Of a stretch of DNA of 64,000 bases, positions 52,101 to 64,000 are shown piece by piece. Below the pieces are notes generated by a model. That model ran no database searches, was not told the DNA's origin, and was given only the letters and a program-made list of their open reading frames with translations. The translations under genes and the position numbers were made by a program. This DNA is from Klebsormidium nitens (taxonomy: Eukaryota > Plantae > Klebsormidiophyceae), in contig DF237392.1 in the NCBI GenBank assembly GCA_000708835.1, forward strand, positions 1 to 64,000, written 5' to 3'. Position 1 is the first letter of the stretch, and each line of letters opens with the position of its first letter.

Positions 52101-53443
52101 AGACGGGCAGCTGGCCGAAGATGAACCGGAGTGCCCAAACAGACTGGGCAGCAATGCGGGTCTTCCGGACTTGCATCAGTCCAAACGTCAGGCTCGAAGA
52201 ACCAGCCGCAATGTGTGACAGCTGCAAGGTCGAACAAATCCCGTCAGAATTTATATAATGACATCTCAGGCAAGTCATGAATGCAAGCTTTCTGCCAATC
52301 TGTTCCGAAACTCCCGAGTCCTGTGATCTTTCTCCCGCAAAAGCAGAGGAGAACCAGCTGATGTAAACAGCGTCGAGTTTGAATTGAAGCCATCCTTGCA
52401 AGTAAGCTCGTTTTTGTGCAGATACGGGGTAATCGTTGTTAGACCGGGGTCAATGCGGTTCATACAAAACGAACTTTGGTCGTCTGCAAGCGACTAGACG
52501 AAAGAAGTCAAAAGACCTAAAGTTCTGGTGAAGAAAGATGAGAGCGTGCGGACTGAGTGCTCACCTGCTCTGCCAGAGGCACGTTCGTGTTCACATACTT
52601 GTGAGTCACGATCCGGAGGCAGCAGCGCAGCAGGAATGGCCAGTAAGCGGGGACGTATCTGCAGATGCAGCGGTCCCCCTTGCAGTCCTCCTCAGCAACT
52701 TTCATGATCACGGCAGGGTTTCCCGAGACTTCAGGAACCACGCCTCGCTGAGGCAGGGCACAGAGGGGCATGACCGAGACCCTGTTGGTTTTCAGAGCCG
52801 GAACGAGGCTTCTCGTTACCGCACGCGCCACAAGAAATTTGCTGCCAGCTTCTGCGTGCCGGCTCTCCGTCGTCCATCCGCAGACCTTCGCTTGGTCGGA
52901 GCTGTCAAAGGCCGCGGGCGCTTTCTCGGCAGCGAGGCGGTTGCGGAGCTCGACGAACTGCTGGTGAACGGAGCTCGGGGGAGTCATGAGCTTATCATAC
53001 CCGCGCCTGAGCTTCTCAAGGACGCTCTGCAGCTTGATGAAGTCCATCGCTCCTCCGCTGTTCATGCACCCTTGCGCCTCGGCAGTCGACTCACTCGCGA
53101 TGGCGTTGGCCTGAGCTCTTATGTTTATCAGCCAGCGCTCAGCCAACATAACTTTCGGCTCTTCGATTGCGACACGAAAGGAAGTGGAGCGGGGAGCGCG
53201 CACCGTTTCCTCTTCGACAGGGTGGTCTGCCGGGCCATGTTCCTCATCTAACGGCGCTTCTCCACCTTGAGCCTTACTCTGAGGGAGAATGACCGTTGGT
53301 TCGATGAGCCGCCTCACGAGTTCAGCCCCATTTGCCAGCGAGCCCTCTGTAGACCCTGACTCCTTGGCGACTTTGGTCCCAAAGACGTGCTCCATGCTTG
53401 CGCGCGGTGCCCCTGCACGTGCAGAAATTGACTGATTAATCAT
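43132..53443 (-). CDS. Z1-domain-like superfamily-2 helicase/ATPase with N- and C-terminal extensions (roughly 1,400 aa, ~13-15 exons)
   Basis: Exons 53443(or 53395)-52565, 52221-51922 (TFGLMQVRKT, Walker A position), 51536-51147 (ISVTFDEWD, Walker B; AGITATPFA, motif III), 50677-50369 (VVLLAPETGTYYG; HGLVVNSVRH), 49894-~49543 (PAIALIDNNG), 48924-48682 (VAGTKANRA..LTHAYF..AEMLLQRLGR..YGPGIKRLPKLYLPE), then ~47913, ~47255, ~46245, ~45007, ~44323, ~43748 and ~43287 to TGA at 43132. Junction phases were consistent except around 49543-48924 and 48682-47913, which are unresolved. Start codon uncertain. Confidence 0.75.
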
Positions 53444-56400
53444 GACTCGACCTCGCTTGCGTTCTATTGACTATTACATCGTCCCGGTAGCCCTGTACAA
53501 CAGGGTTTGAACGTTCCTCTATGAGGCACTTCAGTAGCTTTCGGTGCACAATCTGTCGGAAGGTCTGACAATGCGAAACATCAGAACAGGTCTCATCTCC
53601 TTTGCTTTCTCACTGCATTCGTAGATGGATGCTGGGGGCCTTTTGAAAGTCAATCTATGATCTGATCTGCCTGATAAAACAAAGAGGTGCAGTATGTCTT
53701 TGATCTGATCAATTCTTCCTGAGTCAAGAATCAATAAAAATCACCAAGAATGAAAGCTCTGCTAGCATTTGGAAAGCTCAAAGAGAGAACGCATGTAAAG
53801 CTGGAGATTATACAGTCTACTATCGTGTATGTTTCTCTTGACCTGATTTTGTTAAGATTGAAGAGTGACATGTATAGGTGTATTTTATGTTGCTTGCCTT
53901 GACGATTCAACCTAGTTTTAACATTCTAATTTTGGCCAGTATGGACTCATTCCAAAGCGAAGCCTGTCAAAGGACCTCTAAGGAAAAGCAGGCTCCTTAT
54001 CATCAATCAAAAGTTAAAGGGCACCGGAATGTTCCAGACTCACTCGTCACCTTAGCTCTATCAAAGTCAATGCAATTGTCTAAAAGTTCAGTGCATTTAA
54101 ACACGCTTTAAACCCAACCGTGTTCTGCTTAAAGGCTTCTCATCAGACATGTCCTTATCATGCAAAAGTATGATCTCACTGATGAATTGATAGGATCTTT
54201 TCAAACAAGTTGTGATCAAAAAATTAATCTTAAGAATGAGATACTGACCGTGTCACTTAAGTTGAAGCAAACCAGAAGACCTTCAATTTGTGCTGGATCA
54301 TTGCAGGTCAATTTCAAGGTGCCAATCCTCCATTCTCTCGTCAAAACCTCCTGATAGTCCCAGAGAACTTTCGGGCAAATCGTCTCTCGTTCAAACCTCC
54401 GATCACGCTGAGGAGTTTGATGGGAGCTGATAGACCATATGTAAACCTGCAATAAACAAACTGGAATGCTGTGTCCTTTTTGTGACAGCCTTGCAACGTG
54501 ATTGTTGCGTGTCCACGTGTATTCTTGTGAAGGCTTGTCTGGAAGAGACTTGTGAGGAAAGAGATGCGATCTGAGGATTGAGAAGGCTCTGAATCATTTT
54601 GAGAAGCGAGTCAAAGGAGTTGTTCGCTTTTCTTGCTCTGCTCAAGCCGACGCGCGAGCTTGAGACGATTGTCAATCTTCTGCACCGCAGGAAAGGACGT
54701 GACAAATCAGTCAGCCAATCATTTGGCAGCGATAATACTCACCTAGGGTAGTTTCATGACATGATGGTGCAAAGTCATGACGAAGGAAGAGCTAGCCTGG
54801 CCAAGAGAATAGCTTGACAGCTAGAGTAGAACTGGCCGCAGCTTTGAGGGCTATTTTGGGAAGCCTCCTAGACAAATGTTGAACCTGAGCATGCCTGGAC
54901 GAAGCGCGAAGAACCGGCCACTTTAGGAACGGTCAGCCCTACTGATCAATAGCTTTCGTGATCAACGATGAATTGTGACCAGGACGATCAGTGGTCGACG
55001 TCGCCGGACAATATTCAATTTATACAGAACCACAAATTAGGTTGTAAACGTCTTCTCCAGCTTGCCTCTAACTTTCGACCTGCATGCAGCCTTTGATTCT
55101 GCTCGGAGGCTTCTGCCGAAGCACTAGGTTGTTTGCTTCTCGGAGGCTGGGATTTCATCCACACCCTGGAATATCACAATCTACAAAATGGCTTATCGAA
55201 CCCGGGTTGTCCCATGCAAGTAGAGTCCAACTGAAACGCGAGCCGGCACTAAGGCCGAAGATAGGCATCATCTGGCTTGCTTCTTGCGCTTACCTGATCT
55301 TTGTTTACTCAATCTTTCCTCGGCTTTCTTGAACCCGCGTGCCAAACGTAGACTTCCGGCCTAGCTTATTAGGGCGCTAAGCGGTTCCCTAGCTCTTTCA
55401 TTTTCGCCCCATGTGCATATTAACACCGCCTTCGGCTACCGCTTCAAGTTTCTGTTATCTTTTGCCGCCAGTCGCCCTCAAGGACGTCAGCAACCGCGCG
55501 CTCTCGCATTCACCATAACAACGTCGAAGGAGATGGATCCTTGCTCTCGCTTACCAACACGGGGCCCTTCTTAGAAGGACCCGCAACTGTTTCCTGCGGG
55601 TGATACCAGCAGATTGAGGGCCTACTGTAGCTTCCAGTTCTGCACCATACCTTTAGGCTAATAGGCCCTAATCCGGCATCTTCCTTTGCACAGCCGCCGA
55701 CTCGTGCTTCAAAAGGCGACCAATATCTGCTGTAAACGGGGTCCCAACCAGAGACTTGCCTGTTGACCCGCCGAAGCTGGTCGCCTCCACCGGTTAAAAT
55801 CATAAGTCGCGAAGACGGGCCAAGCGCCCGCGGGCGGCCCCGCGCAGGCGCGCGCGGGCGCCTCGAAGTCGAAGTGCTCGTCATAGCGTTCAAGTGTGGC
55901 CCTGCCTCTCCGCGCTGCGCGGGCTTGTTGCGCTCGGCACGTGGCTCACGAAGTGGGCGACTCCAACAGTCGAGGTTCGTGTGAGGGGGGCGGGCGGCGA
56001 ATAGTGAGAGTCGATGACACTGTGAGAAGATACATTGTCTGATTCCCGTCTGATGAAAAGACCAAACAGGATGTAACCTACTGTAGCAAGGAACCAAACA
56101 AGGTTCCTGATAAGAACACATTGGTCACGAGCTCAGCGACTCTCGAGCCACCTGGGGGGGCTGCCAAGTCGTCCGCCAGAGCGGCGGATACTCATATGCG
56201 TGTTCGCGCTTCGTTAAAGGGTACCATCAAGAGCCGAAAAGATGCTGCAAAGCTGAGGCAAGGCGCTCGTAACGAGCATGGGCAAGTGAAAGAGGAGCTT
56301 TGCAGCATTTAGAGGCTACCTCCGATGTCATGAAGCTTTCGACCAGTGACGCGGCTCAGAAGGTCAGACCTTGAACGGAGCACCGAGCGCTTCTGTCGCA

Positions 56401-56477
56401 GGCCTTATAAACCGGCCCGAGTTAGTAAAGGCCGCACCAATTTGACGAGGGTTTTGATTGCAAGCGCGCGTACCGCC

Positions 56478-56754
56478 NNNNNNNNNNNNNNNNNNNNNNN
56501 NNNNNNNNNNNNNNNNNNNNNNNNNNNNNNNNNNNNNNNNNNNNNNNNNNNNNNNNNNNNNNNNNNNNNNNNNNNNNNNNNNNNNNNNNNNNNNNNNNNN
56601 NNNNNNNNNNNNNNNNNNNNNNNNNNNNNNNNNNNNNNNNNNNNNNNNNNNNNNNNNNNNNNNNNNNNNNNNNNNNNNNNNNNNNNNNNNNNNNNNNNNN
56701 NNNNNNNNNNNNNNNNNNNNNNNNNNNNNNNNNNNNNNNNNNNNNNNNNNNNNN
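56478..56754. other. Assembly gap (277 N)
   Basis: Run of N directly in the sequence. Confidence 1.
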
Positions 56755-58740
56755 GGCCCGAGTGGCAGTGCGCAAATACTTCTAACACCGCCCACGTGCA
56801 GGCCCAAGGCGTGCAGCACGACTGTACGCGATCCAGCACACCGCGCGCGCACAACCATATGCTGCGCCCGTCGGCGTGACTTCTTCGGGCCCCTTGACTC
56901 CCGCGCCCAGCCCGGCCCGCGCCGCGGCTGCCCTAGCAGCCCCGACACCGGCCGTGACCGCTCCATCTATTTTCCCGGAGGTTTTTCCCTTTTTCTAACC
57001 TTCCTTCTAAAGAGGGCGTCTAACCACGTGGATCCGCGACGGCCCTTTCGCAGGATATCCTGCGCTCAGGTCGCCAAGAAATCGGTCACGTGATCCCGAA
57101 TCTAGCGACGGAGTGCGGGCGCACGAGCTACTTCGTCGCCGGGGCATTACGGATCACAGTACGACGCCCCCTTAAAAGGTATTGTGCGCAAAAGGCCACA
57201 GATTGGGTGGCGTTTGAGGCTGATCCGTCTTTGCAGGTCATTTTGCGAGTTCGCTTTCCTTATCAAGACCTTCGTCTTTTTCTGCACGTAGCCGGTGGAA
57301 TTCCGGCGGCTCTTCTCCCCGGCCGCTAAATTTCGTGAGGATGGCGTGGCGCGTTCCTCCTGATTCGGACTCGCCTGCTGTTCCCGTCGTGATTAAGTAC
57401 AAGGAATCGTCACCCGGCCACTCGGTGTTCCACCTTGGTACGAATTTGATGACCCCGGACCGTTGAAACATTAGCTGGCCAGGAGCAAGTCGCAAACGTA
57501 CTGAAGCGCTATAAAACTAGGACAGAATACAAAGTATATTGAGGATACTGAGGATAACAAACATCTCGCCTTGCGTGCTCATCTTGCGGCAAAGCTTGAC
57601 AGCTTTGGTCACTATCTGGTAACTGGTTTCGAAGTGGGAAACAGACGTCTTCGTCCTCCAACTCTTGCACTCAAGCTCAGCTCAAAACGAGTGGCCCACC
57701 GTAAATAGAAAAATATAATCGAGTCTGAACTCGAAGTGGCCAGGTGTGAGCATTTTGTCAAGCTCTAGGGCGACTGAGTTACTTAGGACGCTGTCAACAG
57801 CCTGTTCCTTTATCACGTCAGCGGCGTATCGCGTTACTTAAATGTCCTAGCAGCAATGAACATGCTCGGTGGATTCCGTATCATGACTCGCACACGAACA
57901 CATGACCCACGCGCAAGCACACAACGAGTACCAATCAGTATAGAACATGACCTTTTCGTGCCCGGCAATTCCGCCATCAAGTCCTGTCTAACTCAAGCAG
58001 TGCAGGCTTGTTGATTAGCTTCACCCCTTTAGTGCATGATACTGATAGATTGCCGAACGAAGGTACCGTAGTAACAACAATAATTCCTATCCATAAGGTT
58101 CAAGCCTATTCATTGCTGCTCATGCTGACTGAGTAAAGACCGGCGATCAATAAATTGCAATTGCGACCATGTAGCAACCGGGCCGGCGCCATACCGTATG
58201 GAAGTATAGCAACTGCGGCAGTGCCAAGGAAAGCACTTATGCGCGTACGTGCGGCGGCGGGCGCGCCGCGCGTCACGGTGCGCACAAGAGTGCATGCATG
58301 CCATAACGATATAGTCACGTTGAGCCACCCACTGAAGCCGCCCCATTCGGACGCGGCGGCGTGCGGCCCCGGCTGCTTGGGCTGGCCCGCAATCGCAGGG
58401 GGCCTAGGCTAGCAGACTGGCCCGGGCCTGCATAACGGGGGCGCGCAGCGGCAGCACCCAGTGCCAGCAGAATCTGGCCTCAGTAGTACGGTCACACGGT
58501 AGCTCATGCATAAGTACGGTAGATTGCAATACAATGAGGAGGGATCTAGTGAACCAGAGGTTATTGGGCCGGCCATGCAGGACGTCATAATCGGATATCC
58601 ACCAAGAACTTGAAGCGTGGCCTGTCACATGTCCTATTTGATTCAATGTGATAATCTTGGGACGGAATTCTGATAGGGATCCGAACTATATATTGATGTT
58701 GTCGAAGTTGAATATCCGCGTGTCCATTTACATTGACCTA

Positions 58741-61700
58741 TTATATCAGCGGTTCCATCAGATGACCATGCTCCCCTTCCCCTAGCCCCTCCTCGTCACC
58801 TCCCCGCCGTCGACTTCGACGTGACGCCCAAGGCATACAGTCATCCCACCGCCACTGACCGAACCCTAAACCCAGCCCTTGCGATCGTAACCTCCTCTCT
58901 AACCCGCTCTCAATATCGTCAAGTTGCTGCGCCATTTCCTCCGCCCGTTGCCGCAGCTCGGCCGCCCGCTCGTCCGCCATTTTGAGGGAGCTCTCGGCGG
59001 CCGCGCGCGCCGCAATGGCGGCTTGAGCAATCTCTTCCTTCGACGAGATCTTGGCGTTAGCTTCTTCGGCCGCTCGTTTCCATTGGGACACCAACATGTT
59101 AAGGCGGGCGACCTGCAGCGGACCGGAGGCAAATTAAACCTTCCTGATGGGCGTCACAAATCGTTAAAGTTGTAGGGTTTCCGTGTTTTGGGATCCCGCC
59201 CAAAACGAATTCTCGCAAATCGTTGTCAACTCCCTGATTGCGAGCAGTAAAGTACTGCCGGGATGACAGTGGTTGTTTTACGGAGCATGTCACGACAAGG
59301 AGATGCGCTCTGAGGCACACGCAATATTTCTCGCAAACAGCTTGGCGAAACAAGGCGCTGAGCAGGTGAGAGCCTTCAAAGCCGTGACGAAATGTCTTTG
59401 CAGTTTGAAGGGTGTACTGAAAAGCGCTCCTTCCAGGATTTTCCGTTTGGTAAAATGTTTGCCTCGCGACTCTGCTCCTTCAAAAGCAGCTTGGCAGAAA
59501 CTAGAGTCTGGAGGACGGGCTGCTCGCCACGCACGAGCTTTCGTAGTCACCCTTTCATGGAGTCGACGTCAATACCGAGCAGAAGTGGTTGCAACGTGTT
59601 GTTGTTCCGCTTAACCGCACAACTCAGAAAACGTCACCGCCGTTCTTGCTAAAGCTGAAAGGGCTTCCAGATTTTCGGCCAAAAATGACAGCTCACCTCC
59701 CGCGAGTTCTTGTCGAGCTCCTCCATCAGCTCCCCGTTCTCTGACGTCACCCCCTCGTGCCGGCCCTTCCAGTCCGTCACCTCCTGCTTCGCCGCGCGCA
59801 CCTCTGACGTCAGCCCCTGTATCTCGTCCCGTAGTTCCGCCTCCCGTTGCCGCGCCTCGGCCAGCTTACCCTCCAAAGCGTCGCAGTCCGCTTGCTTGGA
59901 GGCGGTCGCGGACTGGGCCGCTTCAAGCGCTTCTCGTAAGGACGCGACTTCGGCCTCCGTGGACTCGAGCTTCGTCCTGCAGAAAGATTTCCGGTTTCAG
60001 GATCCGTGTCTAACTGTTCTCCTACAAGAAGTCACTGATTCCGGAAGCTAAGTCGAGCTTTTAACTTTTTGACAAAAACCTGTTCCTAGGAACTATCCTG
60101 ACTGTCTCCTACGTCAAATATGTTCGCATTGAGATCGTGAGAACAACGTCGGCGTGCTGGGTTTCCAATCAGGCTTTCAGAATCGATCTGAGAGAATGTT
60201 TCCGGCCCCGAATCCCTTCGCTTGTCCGCACGTGAACCCTCAGAAGAATGCAGAGAGGAGACTGCAAGGTGCGGCAGAACTGGACTCGTAACCTCGCACA
60301 GAGACCGGTTTGACAATTGCCAAACAAAACGGCCGCAAACTTGGTCTCGCTCGTATTTCGTCGACTCTTCAAAAGGGTGGTTACTGCGGAGTCCAAACCC
60401 AAGGACGCTCGACATGTTCACTTTCAGGGGGATCCCTCCGTCTGCCAATTCTCGACCGGAGCCCTTCAATGACGTGACGCTCACTGAAGTTGGCAACAAG
60501 TCTTCTCCAACGCCATGCTTTAGACTTGATTGCAGCTGCATACCTCTTTCCTTGGCACACAATCTACCGGAAAATGCATAGACGACAATAGGCAATCTTC
60601 CCCTCCGCTTTTCCCTTTTCTAGGCCGCTTCTCCCGCCTGTGTTTCTCTCCTTCTTCTGCTAACATCAACCTTGCAAACTGCAGTACCCTGAACTGAAGT
60701 ACCCCTCCTGACCAACCGCCTCTTACAGATGCCACGTTACACAGCCGAAAGTCCCTTCATACAGATCTGCAGAACTCACGGACGGCCTCACCTGAGCCTT
60801 GCGCTCTCTTCCCCGCGCGGCTGCACAACTTCTCTGAAGCCGCACCCACAATCCGGTTAATCAATTCACCAAAAACACAAATCTCTTATGCCAAAAGTCC
60901 AGCAATCCCAAATCCCAAGCCCGCCACACCTAAGCCCCGCGCTCTTCTCCTCCCACGCGGCTGCAAATGTTTCCTGAAGCGGCCACCACAGCTCTAAAAT
61001 CAGAGGGTTAAGGCGTACCCTCAGACGCCAAGATACGAAACCTCAAATCAACTCAGTCCCGCGCTCTCCTTTTGCAAGGCTGCACAGAGATTTTTAGGCC
61101 GCATTCACAACTCTCAACGTAGGTACACACTTTGCACGTCAAAAGTCTCAGAACCCCAAACCCGAAGCTTGCCTCACCTGAGCCCCGCGCTCTCCTCCCT
61201 CGCGGCCGCCAGCCCCGCCTGCGCCTCCTCCCTCCCTCTCTCCGCTTCTGCCAGCTGTCCTCTTTCAAGCGCAACGATCCCCTCCGCCTCGCGCTGCCCC
61301 TTCTCCGCGGCCGCCCGCGCGACCCGCTCCTCGTCGAGCAAAGCCTGCAAACCCCCGCCCTTGGTCGCCTCCCGGAGCGCGCCCTCGAGCCGCGCCAGCT
61401 CCGCGTCCTTGGCCGTGAGTTCCTTGCCCAGCGACTCGATCTCCTCGGTGCTTTCCACCTGGGGGGCAGTGGAAGAGTTGGAGAAATGAGTAACAATAAT
61501 ATCTTCGGGGCTTTCCATCTGAACGATGAAGGAGACGGAAACTCACACCAGTCTCAAGTCAAAGAGGTTTCCTTGCATTATCTCGGTGCATTTAAGGGTG
61601 CTCTGCGTTCGTTGCCGCGTCTTGAGCTCTTTGCCCCGACTAGAGTCCCTCGGTTCTTTCAACAAAGGTCAAATGGAGAAGCTGGAACTACAGTAACTTG

Positions 61701-63548
61701 TTCAATTCGTAGACGTAACGTTCCGCGGCTCATCTCCTCGGTGTTCCATCTGAAGAAAGAGAAAAGGATGGAAACATGACAAGATACATAATCATGGACG
61801 TCCATTTCCTCAATTCCTTGCACAAAGAGGTCGTCCGCGACCTTTCCAGGCTGCCAAAGGGTCAACCTGTTGAAACAGGCTGATCCATGTCCACCCCTGT
61901 GCTTAGTGCTGCCATTCTGCTGGGTTTCCCTGGCTTTTTGTCATTGCCAAAAACCGGGACCCGGCCCGGCCAAACGAGCGCACGAACCAGCTTACAAGAT
62001 CTATAAATCCAATGATGCGAAAGGCGAGAGGCAGTGAGAATTTTGGAAAATACAAAAATTGTTCGCAAAAGAAAGAACAGGCGTGGCACAACTTTGTATG
62101 AGAAACGGCATAACTCTTTCCCAAGAATACCTCTCTCTGGATCCCAAGGCCCCAAAGAATTCGCTTGCCCTCATTCAGAATCCAACACTTTCTGCTTGCC
62201 TCCCCTTCCACTGCCTCCGGTGCTTCCCTCTCCACCGATCAGATTATCGTACCACAAACAACACTAGCCATCTGAAAGCACTCAACTGGATGTCACCTTG
62301 GCCTTCCAAATCTCGCGCTCGTCGTTTTACCAGACAGGGAAGATCTACCACAGACAACAGCCAGACAATTGCAAAGAAGCATTTGACACTCACTTTGGCC
62401 TTCCGGATCTCCTGCTCTAGTCCGCTCATCTCCGCCCCCATCTTGGCCGCCTTCTCCCGCTCCTCCTCAAGCGCCGCTTTCAGCGTCCCCTTGTCCTTGA
62501 TCAGCTCCTCGAACTTGCTCCGCAACTTCACGTTCCGCGCATCCACCTCCGCCTTCTCCCGCGCCCGCAACTCTTTTTCCGTTTTCAGCTCCGACTCGAC
62601 GCGCATCTTCGCTTGCTCCTCTTCCTTCAGCTTCTGCTCCGAATCGTACAGCTTCTCCTTCAGCTCGTCCAGCTGACGCTCTGCTGACGTCACCCTCTCC
62701 CGGAGCGACTTGGCCTCGTCGGCGTTGCGGTGGAGTGACGTCATCTCGGCCTCGGCGACCGCGAGCTTGCCCTCGGCGTCCTCGCGGCGGCCCTTCTCGG
62801 CGGCCAGCTCGTCGGAGAGCCGTTTCACACTGCCCTCGAACTCCAACAGCCTGTCACAGAACGGGTTGTGTCAAAAATACGGGATTGGAGGCTTGTTCCG
62901 ACAATCTCCCTTGGACCTCTTAGCGGCCATTCTTCAAAGGGCTCCGCCGACCGAACAGGCTGCACGGGATGTGTTACTGCAGAATCGCACTTTCGAGATC
63001 AGGAATTAGCTCCTGGATGCACCCGCGGAATGATACAAACACCGGAGCAGAAGAAACTGCCATCATGTTGCGCACGAAGGGGACGATGCTCTCGAGGCCC
63101 CTATCTTGGGTGCTTAATACGTGCTGCGCTTGGGCGCTTACTTCAGATCTTGCTGCTTGAACGTTTCCCTCAGCTTCTCCGCCTCCCCCCGCGCCTCCGC
63201 CACCTTAGCCTCCATCTCCGACAGCTCCATCGCCGCGCGGACGTTCCGCCGCTCTAGTTCGTCCCTCGCCTTCTCCCCCAACCCCTGCGCAGCCTCCCGC
63301 TGCCTCTTCTCCTCCGCAAAATTTCGTCTCGCCTCGTCTCGCTGCCTCACCGCTTCTTGCACGGTCGCTTTCATTCTCGCAAACGCGGTGTCGGACTCAA
63401 GCTTTGCTGTCTCTGCTTCGGCTTTCACTTTGAGAGCAGCTTCCTTTTCGGACTGGAGCGTAGCCTGGGCGGCTTCGGCGGCTTGACGAGCCTCTTTCTC
63501 TGCGGCGATCTGGCTGCCGGCACGCTTCAAAGCGTTTTCGAGGTCGTT
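58741..63548 (-). CDS. Long coiled-coil (myosin-tail-like) protein, 3' exons; 5' part not resolved and probably extends beyond the window
   Basis: In-phase exons 63548-63142, 62850-62394, 61458-61178, 59976-59697 and 59112-58741 (TAA) encode E/A/K/R-rich heptads. The C-terminus ERAAELRQRAEEMAQQL..WDDCMPW resembles plant coiled-coil proteins ending in a C-x-P-W motif. Confidence 0.85.
60780..61100 (-). repeat. Three degenerate copies of the exon end/donor of exon 61458-61178 in the following intron
   Basis: cctcacctgagcc..gcgctctc..cgcggctgc at ~60787, cacctaagccccgcgctc at ~60927 and ctcagtcccgcgctctcc at ~61053, versus the real site at 61172. Confidence 0.75.
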
Positions 63549-64000
63549 CTGCAGGAGAAAAAACAAAAGAATCTTGAACAACAAATGAACCGGAGATATT
63601 CAAGGCCGTTCGTTTGCTCGGAACGTCCTTAGGGGGGCTTGCAAAACGTCGAGCGTCACTTGGTGTGGAAGAGATGTTGAAGAGTAGTCTGCTGAATGAT
63701 ATCAAAGCATGTAAGATAGACAGTACCAATTCGGTGCAACTTGAGCAGGGATGATCAACTTGGGGTACCAGAGGGACAGGTGTAATTTCTGCCGAAGCTG
63801 CCCTGTAGTGGAGCAATCCAGCTGCGGTCCACCATAGACCAAGTAGGTTAGAGTTCTTCCTTGCGATGATGAAACAACTCAACTGTTTCGGACTGGTAGG
63901 AATGCTTGTAGTTCAATCTATGATAATTTTATTTAATCCGCAACCAGAATTTCTTACAGCCTGCGGCCTTGCAGCCAAACCTGGTACTTGGAGAAAGGAA

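Noticed and set aside
22819-53443. A complete mza-like or restriction defence cluster (AAA ATPase plus Z1 helicase)
   Set aside because: No MORC/MutL, DUF4420, AIPR or methyltransferase ORFs were recognised. The AAA gene is a pseudogene about 19 kb away and belongs to a family also found in plants.
56346-57093. ORFs spanning the N gap
   Set aside because: Artefacts of translating N as X.

Overview
Eukaryotic, intron-rich genomic DNA with GC-rich exons and GT-AG introns. Gene content and style suggest a streptophyte green alga such as Klebsormidium (inference). Five multi-exon genes were reconstructed by hand: (1) a divergent CCR4-NOT subunit NOT3 (minus, 1436-12961); (2) a TSJT1/Wali7/DUF3700-like Ntn-hydrolase-fold gene (plus, 14749-21760), head-to-head with NOT3; (3) an algal-type P3A plasma-membrane H+-ATPase lacking the land-plant YTV tail (minus, 27080-~40841); (4) a large spliced gene (minus, 43132-~53443) whose motifs match, in order, those of bacterial Z1-domain SF2 helicases, known from restriction/anti-phage loci; (5) the 3' part of a long coiled-coil gene (minus, 58741 to beyond ~63548). 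Between genes 2 and 3 are a frameshifted CbbX/SpoVK-type AAA+ pseudogene and an inverted, decayed partial NOT3 copy. Introns of four genes carry degenerate tandem copies of their own exon boundaries, some next to telomere-like tracts. There is a 277-N assembly gap at 56478-56754. The most interesting item is the intron-bearing Z1-like helicase. All family calls come from motif recognition, not database searches.
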